From Collinsella sp. (GTDB taxonomy: Bacteria > Actinomycetota > Coriobacteriia > Coriobacteriales > Coriobacteriaceae), in the NCBI GenBank assembly GCA_048187355.1, contig DBEZDO010000069.1, forward strand, positions 10,456 through 74,455: a stretch of 64,000 nucleotides of DNA, in the 5' to 3' direction. The stretch's first letter is position 1; each line of letters starts with the position of its first letter. The position numbers and the translations under genes were made by a program. Positions 51,270 through 61,611 of this stretch are shown piece after piece. The notes beneath the pieces are model-generated. The model did no database searches and was not told where the DNA came from. It worked only from the letters and a program-made list of their open reading frames with translations.

Positions 51270-51494
51270 CTAGACAAACAGCACGTGCGCGAGCAGGGCA
51301 CACACGCACACCGCTCCAAATACCAGTGCCACGATCGAAATTACGCGATCGGCCATATCCATGTTGGCACGGTTCGTCAAAAACCGATCTTCGGCGGCGT
51401 CGACACGCGCCTCACGCACCATTTCGACCACCGCCTCGCGGCCATCGAGCGCCTTTGCATCCATGTTTGCCTCCCCGGTCTCAATCTTGTCCAT
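51270..51494 (-). CDS. Small membrane protein downstream of kup
   Basis: 74 aa with one C-terminal TM; GGAG RBS. Confidence 0.55.
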   Translation of the reverse strand: MDKIETGEANMDAKALDGREAVVEMVREARVDAAEDRFLTNRANMDMADRVISIVALVFGAVCVCALLAHVLFV

Positions 51495-51525
51495 CGAAAA
51501 CCAACTCCGTGCAACCCGTCGGCGC

Positions 51526-53553
51526 CTACGGCCGCTCGTTGGGGGCCAGGCGCTGCATCTTGTTCACGGCCTTGAACTTGGTGAACAGCGGCACGTACTC
51601 AAAGCTCACGTTGGAGTTCTCCAGGCCGTACCAGCGTGCAGGCGTGCCGGCGGCGCGGCGGATGATGTACTTGAGCGTGATGGCCGTACGCTCGCTCGGC
51701 TCCACATCGCTTTCGGGCGCCAGAAGCTTACGGATCAGGACGAACTTGAACGTACCGATGTTACCCGGATCCTTGTAGACCGAGTAGTCATGCGTCTGCG
51801 CAGGCAGTTCGCCGGTGGCAGCCAGGTCCTGAACGACCTGACGCAGGTAGGCATTGACGCGCTGGTTGATCTTGTAGCCCAGGTACAGATGCACGCGGAA
51901 CACGTAGTCGGTGCCGAACGTCTCGACCGAATAGGCAAAGGTATGCGGCTCGTCCATGGTCTCGACATTCACGAACCACCAGGCACGAGCGCGCTTGGGA
52001 TGCTTGTCCAAGATCGAGTAGACGATATCACGGTCGATGTAATCGGTATGGGTGTCCTTGGTCAGGTACACGATGTTGTCGCTCAGGCGCTCGTAGCGAT
52101 CGTCATCGCGCAGGCGCTTGAGCTGCGGCAGGTAGCTGCGCAGCGGCAGCAGCGTAAACTGGCGCTGCTCAACAGCCGTACCGTTGTACCAGCACACCAT
52201 GATGCCCATGATGAGCGCGGCCATGAGGATGGTGAAGTAGCCGCCGTGGAAGAACTTGGTGAGCGAGCTCACGAAGAAGAAGCCTTCGAGCAAAAGGAAG
52301 AAGGCCGCGAAGATCCACGGAGCAACCTTGAGCTTGCGCTCCTCGTGCAGGTAGAAGAAGAGCAGCAGCGTGGTGCACATCATAGTCAGCGTAATGGCAA
52401 GGCCGTAGGCGGCTTCCATATGCGCCGAGTTCTGGAACAGCAGCACCACGATGACGCAGCCGACAAGCATGACGTTGTTGACCATGGGGATGTAGAGCTG
52501 GCCCTTGGTCTCGGCAGGGTAGAAGACCTGCATGTGCGGCATGAGGTCCAGACGGCTGGCCTCGGACACCAGCGAGAATGCGCCGGTGATGAGCGCCTGC
52601 GAGGCAATGATGGCCGCGACGGTGGAAAGGCCTACGGCAAACGGGCGCAGGCCCGGGGCGAGCATCTGGTAGAACGGGTTGAGGTCGGCAATGCCCATGA
52701 GCTCGGGGTTGGCAGCGTTGTTCATAAGCCAAGCGCCCTGGCCCATATAGGAAAGCAGCAGGCAGCACTTAACGAACGGCCAGGTAGCGTAGATGTTGCC
52801 GCGGCCGACGTGGCCCATGTCGGAGTAGAGCGCCTCGGCACCGGTGGTGGCGAGGAAGCAGCTGCCCAGAATCATGATGCCCGCGTGGTTGTTGGGGCTC
52901 AGCAAAAAGGCGATGCCGCGCACCGGGTTGAGGCACAGCAACACGGCGGGGTGCTGGAAGACAAAGAACAGACCCGTGCCGCCCAGGAACAGGAACCACA
53001 GCGTCATGATGGGGCCAAAGGCGTGACCGATCTTGGCCGTACCGATGCGCTGTACCAAGAAGAGCACGATGATGATGGCGAGCGTAATGGCGACGACGCG
53101 GCCTTGGTCATCGCCCAGCACGGCATGGACCGCCGGGATGGTGCGCAGGCCCTCGATGGCCGTGGTAACGGTAACGGCCGGCGTGAGGATGCCGTCGGCG
53201 AGCAGCGCGGCGCCACCTAGCATGGCGGGGACGATAAGCCACTTGCCACAGCGCTTGACCAGACTGTACAGGGCAAAGATACCGCCCTCGCCATGGTTAT
53301 CGGCGCGCAGCGAGATGAGCACATACTTGATGGTGGTCAGCAACGTGACCGTCCACACGACAAGGGAGAGCGCGCCGAGCACGAACTCCTCCGTGACGCT
53401 TCCGATGCCGCCGTTGCCGGCAACGAGCGCCTTGGTTACATACATAGGGCTGGTGCCGATATCGCCGTACACCACGCCCAGCGTGACGAGCATCGCCGAG
53501 ATGCTCACAGGAATCGCAGCGTGCGAAGCTGCCTCCTTGGCCTTTTGTTCCAT
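51526..53553 (-). CDS. kup: KUP/HAK/KT potassium transporter
   Basis: GVVYGDIGTSPMY, ADNHGEGG, DGILTP, TGAEALYSDMGH and AAYGLA motifs. Confidence 0.95.
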   Translation of the reverse strand: MEQKAKEAASHAAIPVSISAMLVTLGVVYGDIGTSPMYVTKALVAGNGGIGSVTEEFVLGALSLVVWTVTLLTTIKYVLISLRADNHGEGGIFALYSLVKRCGKWLIVPAMLGGAALLADGILTPAVTVTTAIEGLRTIPAVHAVLGDDQGRVVAITLAIIIVLFLVQRIGTAKIGHAFGPIMTLWFLFLGGTGLFFVFQHPAVLLCLNPVRGIAFLLSPNNHAGIMILGSCFLATTGAEALYSDMGHVGRGNIYATWPFVKCCLLLSYMGQGAWLMNNAANPELMGIADLNPFYQMLAPGLRPFAVGLSTVAAIIASQALITGAFSLVSEASRLDLMPHMQVFYPAETKGQLYIPMVNNVMLVGCVIVVLLFQNSAHMEAAYGLAITLTMMCTTLLLFFYLHEERKLKVAPWIFAAFFLLLEGFFFVSSLTKFFHGGYFTILMAALIMGIMVCWYNGTAVEQRQFTLLPLRSYLPQLKRLRDDDRYERLSDNIVYLTKDTHTDYIDRDIVYSILDKHPKRARAWWFVNVETMDEPHTFAYSVETFGTDYVFRVHLYLGYKINQRVNAYLRQVVQDLAATGELPAQTHDYSVYKDPGNIGTFKFVLIRKLLAPESDVEPSERTAITLKYIIRRAAGTPARWYGLENSNVSFEYVPLFTKFKAVNKMQRLAPNERP

Positions 53554-53677
53554 AAGCCGGTTTCCTCCCAACTTTAATGTTCGAAGGAATTATAGGTAAT
53601 CGGCCCATGTTTGAATGGCACTGTTTTCCCAGCTAGATAAACATTTATACGGCCTTTAAGCCACCTCGGCGATATGG

Positions 53678-53709
53678 AATGTGACAAAGGGACTGTCTCT
53701 TTGTCGCAT
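53678..53709. repeat. Family A REP-like palindrome
   Basis: AATGTGACAAAGGGACTGTCTCTTTGTCGCAT. Confidence 0.9.
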
Positions 53710-53712
53710 CCG

Positions 53713-54582
53713 TCATTTTCCGAGCCAATTTTTGAACCACCACTCCATGGAGCGGCTCATCTCGGCCATAAAGGGACTCGTGTGCTTGCGGGTATAGATG
53801 TCCACGACGCGCTCCCCCACCACGCGGGCATGCGGACGGAACATCGCGTCCATCTCGGCCGCCTGCGCGTCCATGGTCGCGGCATCGGCGCGGCAGTAGC
53901 GCTCCTCGTGCACCAGGTTCACCACGGGATGCGCAATGGCCGGACGCTCCTTACGGGGCGTGCCGATGATGAGCATCGACAGCGGCATGGTATACGGAGG
54001 CAGATCGAGCAGCTCGGCCACTTCCTCGGCATTCTCGACGATATCACCGATGTAGCAGCTCCCCAGGCCCAGGGCCTCGGCGGCGACCACGGCGTTTTGC
54101 GCAGCGATCACGGCGTCCTGGGCCGCGATGGCAAAGTCACCCAAACCCGGTGCACGGCGGGGTACCTTGCCCGTGCGCTCGACAAACTCGGGCTCAAAGC
54201 AGCCCACGTGCTCAAACAGATCGATCCACTTGGCATAGTCGACCACAAATATAAGTGCCCAGGGCGCCTTGGCGATCATGGGCTGGTGGTCGCACAGGTC
54301 GGCCAGACGATCCAGCGTAGCCTGCTCGCGAATGCTCACGATGGAATACATCATCATGGCGCCCGCCGACGGCGCGCGACTCGCCGCATGCAAAATTGCC
54401 GCCCGCTGCTCGTCGGTCACCGCCACGGGACGGTCGTCGTCATCACGCGCGAAGGCACGCGTGGAGGAACGGTGCTCCAACGTGTCCAGCACCGCATTGC
54501 CCGTCGTCTCGACCGGATAGCCGCCCGCGTCCATGCCAGCGTCCACGTCACCCGCACTCGTCATACAAGCCCGTTCGTTCAT
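53713..54582 (-). CDS. Nitroreductase family protein (NfsA-like)
   Basis: HRSSTRAF, APSAG and DAVIAAQN..AAEALGLGSCYIG motifs. Confidence 0.9.
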   Translation of the reverse strand: MNERACMTSAGDVDAGMDAGGYPVETTGNAVLDTLEHRSSTRAFARDDDDRPVAVTDEQRAAILHAASRAPSAGAMMMYSIVSIREQATLDRLADLCDHQPMIAKAPWALIFVVDYAKWIDLFEHVGCFEPEFVERTGKVPRRAPGLGDFAIAAQDAVIAAQNAVVAAEALGLGSCYIGDIVENAEEVAELLDLPPYTMPLSMLIIGTPRKERPAIAHPVVNLVHEERYCRADAATMDAQAAEMDAMFRPHARVVGERVVDIYTRKHTSPFMAEMSRSMEWWFKNWLGK

Positions 54583-54780
54583 CGCCTCATCCTCGCCAAT
54601 TCTTTAAGAAGCCTTTACGTTTCCGTGTAATTCCCGTCCATTATCGCGCAGGTCGCCACTACATTGCGCCACACCGTCACACGTGCGCGTTAATATGGCT
54701 GGTTGTTGTGCGCAGACACCAATTGCAGCGCATATCTTGGTAACAATCGGGTAAACCCCCGCTTTCGTACGTTTTAGTTT

Positions 54781-57096
54781 GTGAGGAGTCTCAGCATGTT
54801 CGCTGCCGCCATCTCGCTCGTCGGTCTTGCGGCGACCGTCTACCTTGTCTTGCGCGAGGCCAAGGCCATTCGCGCTCAGTCGGGCACCGTTGCCAAGGGC
54901 GCCTTCGCCTGGAGCGTCGCCTTTGGCCTGTTCCAGCTCTTTTTGACCGTCTGGGGCGCTATTGGCCTCGTCGCGCAGAACGAGCCGCTCGCCTTCGTGA
55001 TGCTCATCCTGACCAACGCCATCCTCACCGGCTGCGCTTGGGCCAGCATCGCCCGCGACCGCATCGCCCCGCGCGTCTTTGCGTTCGCCGGGCCCGACGC
55101 CCCCGCCCCCACCGGCAAGCTCGCCCGCCTGCGCGGAGCCTTTGTGGGTAAACCGCTCGTCGCCGCCGTCCTGTGCCTGCTGCTCGCCGGCGTCTTTGCG
55201 CTGCTGGGCATGGAGGTCTCGTCCAACCACGACTTTACCTGGGTCTACCCCCTGTGCATCCTGCTCGAGTGGGCCATCATCACCACGCTCATGGTCGGCC
55301 TGTTCTTCCTGTTCCAGCGCCACGGCGCAGCCCCCGCGGTCTTGGCCTTTGCCCTCTTTGTCCTGGGCATTGCCGAGTTCTTCGTCATCACGTTTAAATC
55401 CATGCCCATCCAGCCGGGCGACCTTTCGGCCATCTCCACCGCCGCCGCGGTCGCCGGCACCGGCTACACCTTCTCGATCTCGCTGTTCTGCGTGCTGTCC
55501 ATGGGCTTTACCGCCATCGCCATGCTGCTGTGCGAGTACGCCGGCCTGGTGGCACCGCACCGTCAGAAGGGCGCCGCCGAGGCCAAGCGCATGCTGCTCA
55601 CCAACCTGCTCGTCGCCGTGCTGTGCCTGGGCGGTGTGACCGCACACGTCACGCTCATCGACTACTACAACACCCTCGGCATCACCGTCTACACCTGGCG
55701 CCCGCTCGAGAGCTACTGGCGCGAGGGCTACCTGCCCGCTTTCATTAGCGCAGCGCAGTCCATCAAGCCGCCCAAACCCGCCGACTACTCCGTCGACGAT
55801 GCCAAGGCCACGCTCAAAAAGTACGCCAAGGCCTATGACAAATCCGACGCGGCTAAGAGCGATGAGCGCGCCGCCGCAAAGGAGCAGTTCGACAGCGAGA
55901 AGCCCACGGTCATCGCCATCATGAACGAGACCTTCTCGGATCTGTCGATCTACCAGAACATGCGCGCCGGCTACGAGGGCCCGCAGTACTTTAAGAACCT
56001 GTCCAACTGCCTCAGCCGCGGCAAGCTCTACGTGAGCGCCTACGGCGGCGGTACCGCCAATACCGAGTTTGAGTTTATGACCGGCAACTCCATGGCCAAC
56101 CTGGGCTCGGGCGTGTACCCCTACACCATCTACAACATGGAAACGACCGGGAACCTGGCAGAGCAGTTCAAGTCGCTCGGATATTCCACCACGGCCATGC
56201 ATCCCAACCACGCGACCAACTGGAACCGTGAGAACGTCTACAAGGACTTTGGCTTTGACCAGTTCCTGTCCATCAACGATTTCCAGGGCGCCGATACCCT
56301 GCGCGGCATGGTGACCGACCAGGCTACCTACGACAAGATTCTTGAGCTGCTCGACCAGAACGCCGATCCGCAGTTTATCTTCGACGTGACCATGCAGAAC
56401 CACTCGGGCTACGATACGGGCCTGCTGCCGGTCGACAAGCAGATGCACCTGAACATCGACACGACCGACCTGGACGCCAAGACCGTCGAGGACGGCACGC
56501 TATCCGATGTCGATGAGTACGTCTCGTGCATCGAGCAGTCCGACCAGGCGCTGCGCTACTTCCTCAACGCCCTGAGCAAGCTCGACCGTAAGGTGGTCGT
56601 GGTGTTCTGGGGCGATCACCAGCCGTTCTTCCCGTCCAAGTTCAATGACAAGTGGTTTACCAACGAGGATGACGCCACCCACCAGGAGCGCCTGTGGCAG
56701 ACCGACTACATCATCTGGGCCAACTACGACGTTGCCGGCTGCGACCAGACGAGCGAGGTCGACGACCTGTCCACCAACTACCTGTCCACGCAGCTTATGC
56801 AGCTGATCGGCGCACCGCTGACCGACTATCAGAAGGCGCACATGACGCTGCGCGAGTCGCTGCCCGCTATCAACTCCGTGGGCTACGAGGACGCCAGCCT
56901 GCGCTGGGCGCTCTCCTCCAACGTCACCGGTGACGACGCCGCTGCCGCAGCCGCAACCAAGGCGCGCGAGGATTACGCCAAGATGCAGTATTACGAGATG
57001 TTCCGTGACGGCAAGAATGTGTACACCGAGCACTTCCAGACCGAGGCCAACGAGACCGACCCCAACCTGGCACCGGGCACAACCAAGATTAAGTAG
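54781..57096 (+). CDS. LTA synthase family (sulfatase-like) membrane protein
   Basis: N-terminal TM region, MNETFSD, GGTANTEFE, TMQNH and WGDHQP. Confidence 0.88.
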   Translation: MRSLSMFAAAISLVGLAATVYLVLREAKAIRAQSGTVAKGAFAWSVAFGLFQLFLTVWGAIGLVAQNEPLAFVMLILTNAILTGCAWASIARDRIAPRVFAFAGPDAPAPTGKLARLRGAFVGKPLVAAVLCLLLAGVFALLGMEVSSNHDFTWVYPLCILLEWAIITTLMVGLFFLFQRHGAAPAVLAFALFVLGIAEFFVITFKSMPIQPGDLSAISTAAAVAGTGYTFSISLFCVLSMGFTAIAMLLCEYAGLVAPHRQKGAAEAKRMLLTNLLVAVLCLGGVTAHVTLIDYYNTLGITVYTWRPLESYWREGYLPAFISAAQSIKPPKPADYSVDDAKATLKKYAKAYDKSDAAKSDERAAAKEQFDSEKPTVIAIMNETFSDLSIYQNMRAGYEGPQYFKNLSNCLSRGKLYVSAYGGGTANTEFEFMTGNSMANLGSGVYPYTIYNMETTGNLAEQFKSLGYSTTAMHPNHATNWNRENVYKDFGFDQFLSINDFQGADTLRGMVTDQATYDKILELLDQNADPQFIFDVTMQNHSGYDTGLLPVDKQMHLNIDTTDLDAKTVEDGTLSDVDEYVSCIEQSDQALRYFLNALSKLDRKVVVVFWGDHQPFFPSKFNDKWFTNEDDATHQERLWQTDYIIWANYDVAGCDQTSEVDDLSTNYLSTQLMQLIGAPLTDYQKAHMTLRESLPAINSVGYEDASLRWALSSNVTGDDAAAAAATKAREDYAKMQYYEMFRDGKNVYTEHFQTEANETDPNLAPGTTKIK

Positions 57097-57118
57097 CTGC
57101 TAGCTGCTGAGCCACAAC

Positions 57119-57310
57119 TGAAACGTCTGTCCAGGCGGAGGCATATAAGGTTCCCTGCTCGGACAGTCCTGCGCAAGACGAAGGCCACGTTATGTGGCCT
57201 TCTTTGTTTGCGGAAAGTGTGTCCCGGAATTCTTGTCTGGAATGGGATGCAGTTTCCGCTTGACGGAAAATGTGTCCCGTTCCGGGCGCTAATTGTGGGA
57301 TGCAGTTTCC
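57119..57310. repeat. Half family-F-like element (57119-57215) plus two units of the alternating 14-bp repeat array
   Basis: 57119-57215 approximates the reverse complement of 62033-62128; two GGAAARTGTGTCCC-N18-GGGATGCAGTTTCC units. Confidence 0.88.
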
Positions 57311-57334
57311 GCTTGCGGAGTCTCCACTCAACAG

Positions 57335-57372
57335 AAAACCCGGGTGGCCTGTTTTTTGGCTACCCGGGTTTT
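57335..57372. terminator. Bidirectional terminator-like hairpin
   Basis: AAAACCCGGGTGGCC...GGCTACCCGGGTTTT between convergent genes. Confidence 0.7.
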
Positions 57373-57399
57373 TGGGTTGTCGATATGTTCGACTGGCTA

Positions 57400-60300
57400 C
57401 TAGTGGGTCTTGCGGCGCTTGATCAGCATGATGAGGGCTATCACTACGAGCGTTGCTCCCGCTGCTGCTGCGGTGGCGACTAGGGCGAATGTTTGGTCGC
57501 CGGTGTTTGCGAGGTTCTTCGCTGTGGTCGTAGTCTTGACCTTGGTGTCGGTCTTAGCTCCGTTGTCGGACTTGGGCTTGTCCGGGTTCGTCGGGGTCTC
57601 AGGAGTCTCGGGGTCCTTTGAGCCTTCGGAATCGGTTGGGCCGGCGGTGTTTACCAGCGTATGGTCCAGGAACTTCTTGGCGCCCGCACTTGCCTGTGAG
57701 AACAGGCGGCGCGTGCGGATCGGGGTGGCGTTCACCGTTGTGGGCGCCGTCTCCTCGGCCTCGATATTCACGAGCGTCGTGCCGGTGTCGAGGCCCACGT
57801 CGTTGTATCCCACGTGGCAGTAATACTGCGCACCGTCATCGTCTGCGGTCAAGTCAATCTCGAGCTTTGAGGCCGTTCCAGCCGCGAGGTTGCCATCGGC
57901 ACCCACGAGCTTAAACTCTGTCTCGCCGCGGCCCTTGCGGTACCACATATAGGTCGGTGCCAGCCCTGTTTCGCTATCGTCGACACCGAGTTGCTTCACA
58001 TGGCCAATCGCCGAGAGCGTCAGGTGGCTTCCCGCCGCGCGCTCAACCGAAGAGTCGTATCCAAGATCCGACCCCTCCGCAGCATCCGCCGCAGGTCCGC
58101 TCACGGCCATCGTCATGCCATCGGGCATGGTCTTGACCGTGATGATTGCCGAGCGAATACCTGTTTCGGTCGTGGATCCATTCTTAACGGCGGCGATGGC
58201 GAATCGATACTCCGTATTGGGCTGCAGCCCATCCCACTTGAGCGAGGTCTGCGTGTTGTCGGCAATCTTCCAGCTATTGACGACCGCATCCGCCGCATTG
58301 CTCTGCAGCATGCCCACGCCGTAGCTAAAGCCACTCTTGTTTGCGAGTACATCGTCCCAGCTAAACGTAACGCTGGTCGAATCGACGGCGTTTGCCGTAA
58401 AGCCCGTCACGGCCGGCGCGTCGGGCATCTCGACGTCCTTAACGTCATAGCCCACGATCCAGAACTGGTCGGTGTCCTTGGTGCCGAGCTTGTCGCCCGA
58501 GTCTGCCTCGAACTTGTCGACATCCACCGCGTTGACGCCCAGACGCCACACAAAACCGTACTTGCCCTGCGCGGCCTCGGGCAGGTTGTCGACGGTGCCG
58601 CCGTATTCGGTCGATTCACTCGAGGAGTTACCCGTAGTAAAGCCGGCGTTGGCACCAAAGCACAGGCCGCCAAACAACTCGTGCTTTGCGAGCTTCGCGC
58701 CCATGACAACGCTGCCGTTCAGCGTCAAGCCGAGCTCGAGCTCCTGCTCCTTGCCCTCCTCGACTTCGATGGTCTGCTCAATGCTCGCCCCCGACTGCGC
58801 GGCGGCGCCGTTAAACCCATCGTGCGTGTAGGCGCGCGTTACGCCAGGCTTGCCCAGGCCAAAGGAATCCCCAACGGGAGTCTCGCCGTTGAGCGTCGTT
58901 TGATAGGTTCCGGGTTCTCCCGACCGGTTGGTCAAAAAGTAGCTGAGCGGCGTCATATTGTGCTGTTTGGCAATGCGGTCATAGGCCTCGACATTAACGA
59001 CCGAGGTCTGCGCGCCGAGCGACACGGGCGCCGCCATCACGCCCTTGCCACCAGTTTCCTCATTTTCGATCTCATACTCGTAATAGACCATCGGAATCGT
59101 GTAGAGCACGGCCTTGTCACCCTCGCCGGCATGCGACTCATAGCTTACGCTTGCGCTGACCGTGCGCTCGCTCCGGTAGTCATAGCATCCCTCGGCGGCA
59201 AAATCGACTGAAGCATTCATCGCGACCAGGGGCGGACCGGTCTGCACCTCGACGGCAACGCCCAACTCGGCGCCAATGGTATAGCCCTGGGATGTCCCCG
59301 TGCCCTTTTCCTCTCCGTATGACGTGCCGCCCAACACCAGATAGCCGTATGCCTGCTCCAGATCCTCAACATAGGGCGCATCCTGCAGCACGGCAAGCAC
59401 GCGCGGGTTGGTATAGACCTTGTAGCGGTCCTTGTACGTGATCTTGACGCTGTCGTTGTCGACATCGGGCAGCGCGAGCGAGATAAATGTGCCGTAGGTA
59501 GTGCCGCGACGGTTGCTCTCGCTAATCACCTGCTCCTCGCCGCGGCGCACCTTTCCGTTCTCGTCGAGCGAAAAATGCGAGGCGGTCATCCAATAGTAGT
59601 CATCGTTCTTGCGCAGGTCCTCGTCGCGGTGCTTGCCCACCACGGCGATAAAGCTCTCGTTATAGCGGTCCGAACCCGAGACGCTGCCCGCCTTGACGTC
59701 GCTGATCCACACCTGTTCTATACCCTTGTGGTCATGCTTGTTGCTGCTGTTGTATTGCTGACCGCTCATGCTCATGGTTCCGACCATGGACCCCAAGCCC
59801 TGAGCCCCGCTCTGCGCCGTGTTGCAGGCAAAGTCGCGGAACACATCGCCGCCCACGAGCACCTCGTCGACCGCCAGCTGCTCGGACAGGCCGTCAAGGT
59901 TGGCAGTGGCAAGGGCAATAGGCGCCAAGGTGCACGGATAGCGCTTATCCTGAGCGCTATCCTTCCATGCGCTGTTGGGCACATGCATCAGCCCATAGGA
60001 GGCGAGGAGCCCGTCTCTGTATTCCTTGCAATCGGAAAGCTTGAACTCGCCAGACTCCGAGTCAAAATACGCGTAGCGGTACAGCGCGCCGTACAGCCCC
60101 TTGCTGCCGTCAGAAGCGCCGTAATCAAAAGCGCTGCGTTGCCAGTCATAGCCCGCAAGAATAAGGCCCGTGACGGTTTCACCCGTCTTCTTTCCTTCTT
60201 CATCGTAGGCGGCAAACGTGCCGAACGTCGCATTCGCAGCGACCATGGTCTTGCCGTTCGCGGAGAGGGAGATTGCGCCCGCGTCGCCCAGAGCATCGAC

Positions 60301-61488
60301 ATGGACGAGCGCACCCTTGGATGCATCCCACGAAAACAGCTCGCAATGCGTCGACTTATCAATATTCTTCTTGCCGTAGGGTGCCGAGACCACGATGGCG
60401 AGGTCATCGCAAAAATCGCGATCGAGGTCGCCGGCCGCTAGCGAAACGACAGGAGCTGACTGAAGCTGCGTCCAGGAGTCGTTCCCGCCCTTGTTGTGCG
60501 TGGTGTAGTCCGCGGCGTTACCGGCATCGATCTTGACGACGCTTTGCTTCCAGTTGCCGCCCTCCAAGTCATACATGTCGACTACAGCCTTGCGCACGCC
60601 GTTCTCGTCGACATAGCAGCCCGCGTAGACAAAAAGCTCGTCGACGCCGTCGCCATCGACATCGCCCGCCTCGACATCAAAGACGGCGTCGTGCTCTTGC
60701 AGGTAACCGGCATCCAGGTACTTAAAACGGCCTTCGTACATCATACTAGTGTTGACCGTCACCGGCAGGTGTGTGTCGAGAGTGCGCGTACGCCCGTTGC
60801 TAAACGAGTAGAGGACCAGCTCAACCTTTCCGGCGTATGACTTGCCGTCAATCGTCGTGGAGGAACTGTCGCCGTAGGCACGGAGCTCGGCAACGCGGCT
60901 CTTTTTGCCCGTGCTGGCGTCGCTGCAGAACTCAACACTCGTGGCGTGAATGCCCGAGAAACCGTTGTTGTCGTTGGCGAGTACTGTTGAGGACTCATTG
61001 TTGCTTAGGTACGACCAGGTGCCGCCACCGTAGTCGCTATGCTTGTAGAGATCGCTGTTCGTATCGAAGTTGTTGACGTTTTGCCAGAACTTTGCGGCGC
61101 CCCACACACTTCCATAGCCATCGGTGAGTTTGCTGCTGCCGCCAATGTCACCGCGCTCGACGTTCTCGAGCTTGTCGCGCAGAGTGTAGCGATTGCCATG
61201 GCTACCGTTAGCTGCCATATAGACCTCGCCGCGCGTGGCAAACGTCGTGGGGGTATCAGTGGAATAGGGGCCAACGGTATCGGCCGGAATGTCCTCGCTC
61301 GTGCCCAGACCCAGGGCTTGATAATCCTGCTCGGTCATATCGGTGATTGCAGGCGCGTCTGCCGCCTGGGCAACCTGGGGCGTGGCCGTGAAGCAGGCGA
61401 CGCTCGTGGCGATCAACGCAGCAAGCGCCGCCGTCCCAACAAGCGGGATTTTCGACAGCCTACGGATACGGGGGTGTGGAACGTACAT
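57400..61488 (-). CDS. Large cell-wall-anchored protein (FG-GAP-like Ca-binding repeats, FN3, Ig-like domain, LANTG sorting signal)
   Basis: Signal peptide AQA|A; GDVDGDGVDE and GDLDRDFCDD; SVTFSW..LQPNTEY; Y.WY..DDDGAQYYC; Pro-rich linker, LANTG, TM and KRRK. Start is 61488 (GAGG RBS) or 61524. Confidence 0.85.
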   Translation of the reverse strand: MYVPHPRIRRLSKIPLVGTAALAALIATSVACFTATPQVAQAADAPAITDMTEQDYQALGLGTSEDIPADTVGPYSTDTPTTFATRGEVYMAANGSHGNRYTLRDKLENVERGDIGGSSKLTDGYGSVWGAAKFWQNVNNFDTNSDLYKHSDYGGGTWSYLSNNESSTVLANDNNGFSGIHATSVEFCSDASTGKKSRVAELRAYGDSSSTTIDGKSYAGKVELVLYSFSNGRTRTLDTHLPVTVNTSMMYEGRFKYLDAGYLQEHDAVFDVEAGDVDGDGVDELFVYAGCYVDENGVRKAVVDMYDLEGGNWKQSVVKIDAGNAADYTTHNKGGNDSWTQLQSAPVVSLAAGDLDRDFCDDLAIVVSAPYGKKNIDKSTHCELFSWDASKGALVHVDALGDAGAISLSANGKTMVAANATFGTFAAYDEEGKKTGETVTGLILAGYDWQRSAFDYGASDGSKGLYGALYRYAYFDSESGEFKLSDCKEYRDGLLASYGLMHVPNSAWKDSAQDKRYPCTLAPIALATANLDGLSEQLAVDEVLVGGDVFRDFACNTAQSGAQGLGSMVGTMSMSGQQYNSSNKHDHKGIEQVWISDVKAGSVSGSDRYNESFIAVVGKHRDEDLRKNDDYYWMTASHFSLDENGKVRRGEEQVISESNRRGTTYGTFISLALPDVDNDSVKITYKDRYKVYTNPRVLAVLQDAPYVEDLEQAYGYLVLGGTSYGEEKGTGTSQGYTIGAELGVAVEVQTGPPLVAMNASVDFAAEGCYDYRSERTVSASVSYESHAGEGDKAVLYTIPMVYYEYEIENEETGGKGVMAAPVSLGAQTSVVNVEAYDRIAKQHNMTPLSYFLTNRSGEPGTYQTTLNGETPVGDSFGLGKPGVTRAYTHDGFNGAAAQSGASIEQTIEVEEGKEQELELGLTLNGSVVMGAKLAKHELFGGLCFGANAGFTTGNSSSESTEYGGTVDNLPEAAQGKYGFVWRLGVNAVDVDKFEADSGDKLGTKDTDQFWIVGYDVKDVEMPDAPAVTGFTANAVDSTSVTFSWDDVLANKSGFSYGVGMLQSNAADAVVNSWKIADNTQTSLKWDGLQPNTEYRFAIAAVKNGSTTETGIRSAIITVKTMPDGMTMAVSGPAADAAEGSDLGYDSSVERAAGSHLTLSAIGHVKQLGVDDSETGLAPTYMWYRKGRGETEFKLVGADGNLAAGTASKLEIDLTADDDGAQYYCHVGYNDVGLDTGTTLVNIEAEETAPTTVNATPIRTRRLFSQASAGAKKFLDHTLVNTAGPTDSEGSKDPETPETPTNPDKPKSDNGAKTDTKVKTTTTAKNLANTGDQTFALVATAAAAGATLVVIALIMLIKRRKTH

Positions 61489-61611
61489 GAGGGACCTCGC
61501 TTTATTCGAGTGGAGTGGACTCATTTTTACAAATAATACGTCCGATGCCCGATATCACGTGTCTCATTTTCGCCAACGGCGTGTCTCATTTTTGAGAATC
61601 CGAGATGCCGC

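Noticed and set aside
53554..53677. c-di-AMP (ydaO) riboswitch upstream of kup
   Set aside because: The leader after the apparent -10 box is too short and no recognisable riboswitch motifs were seen.
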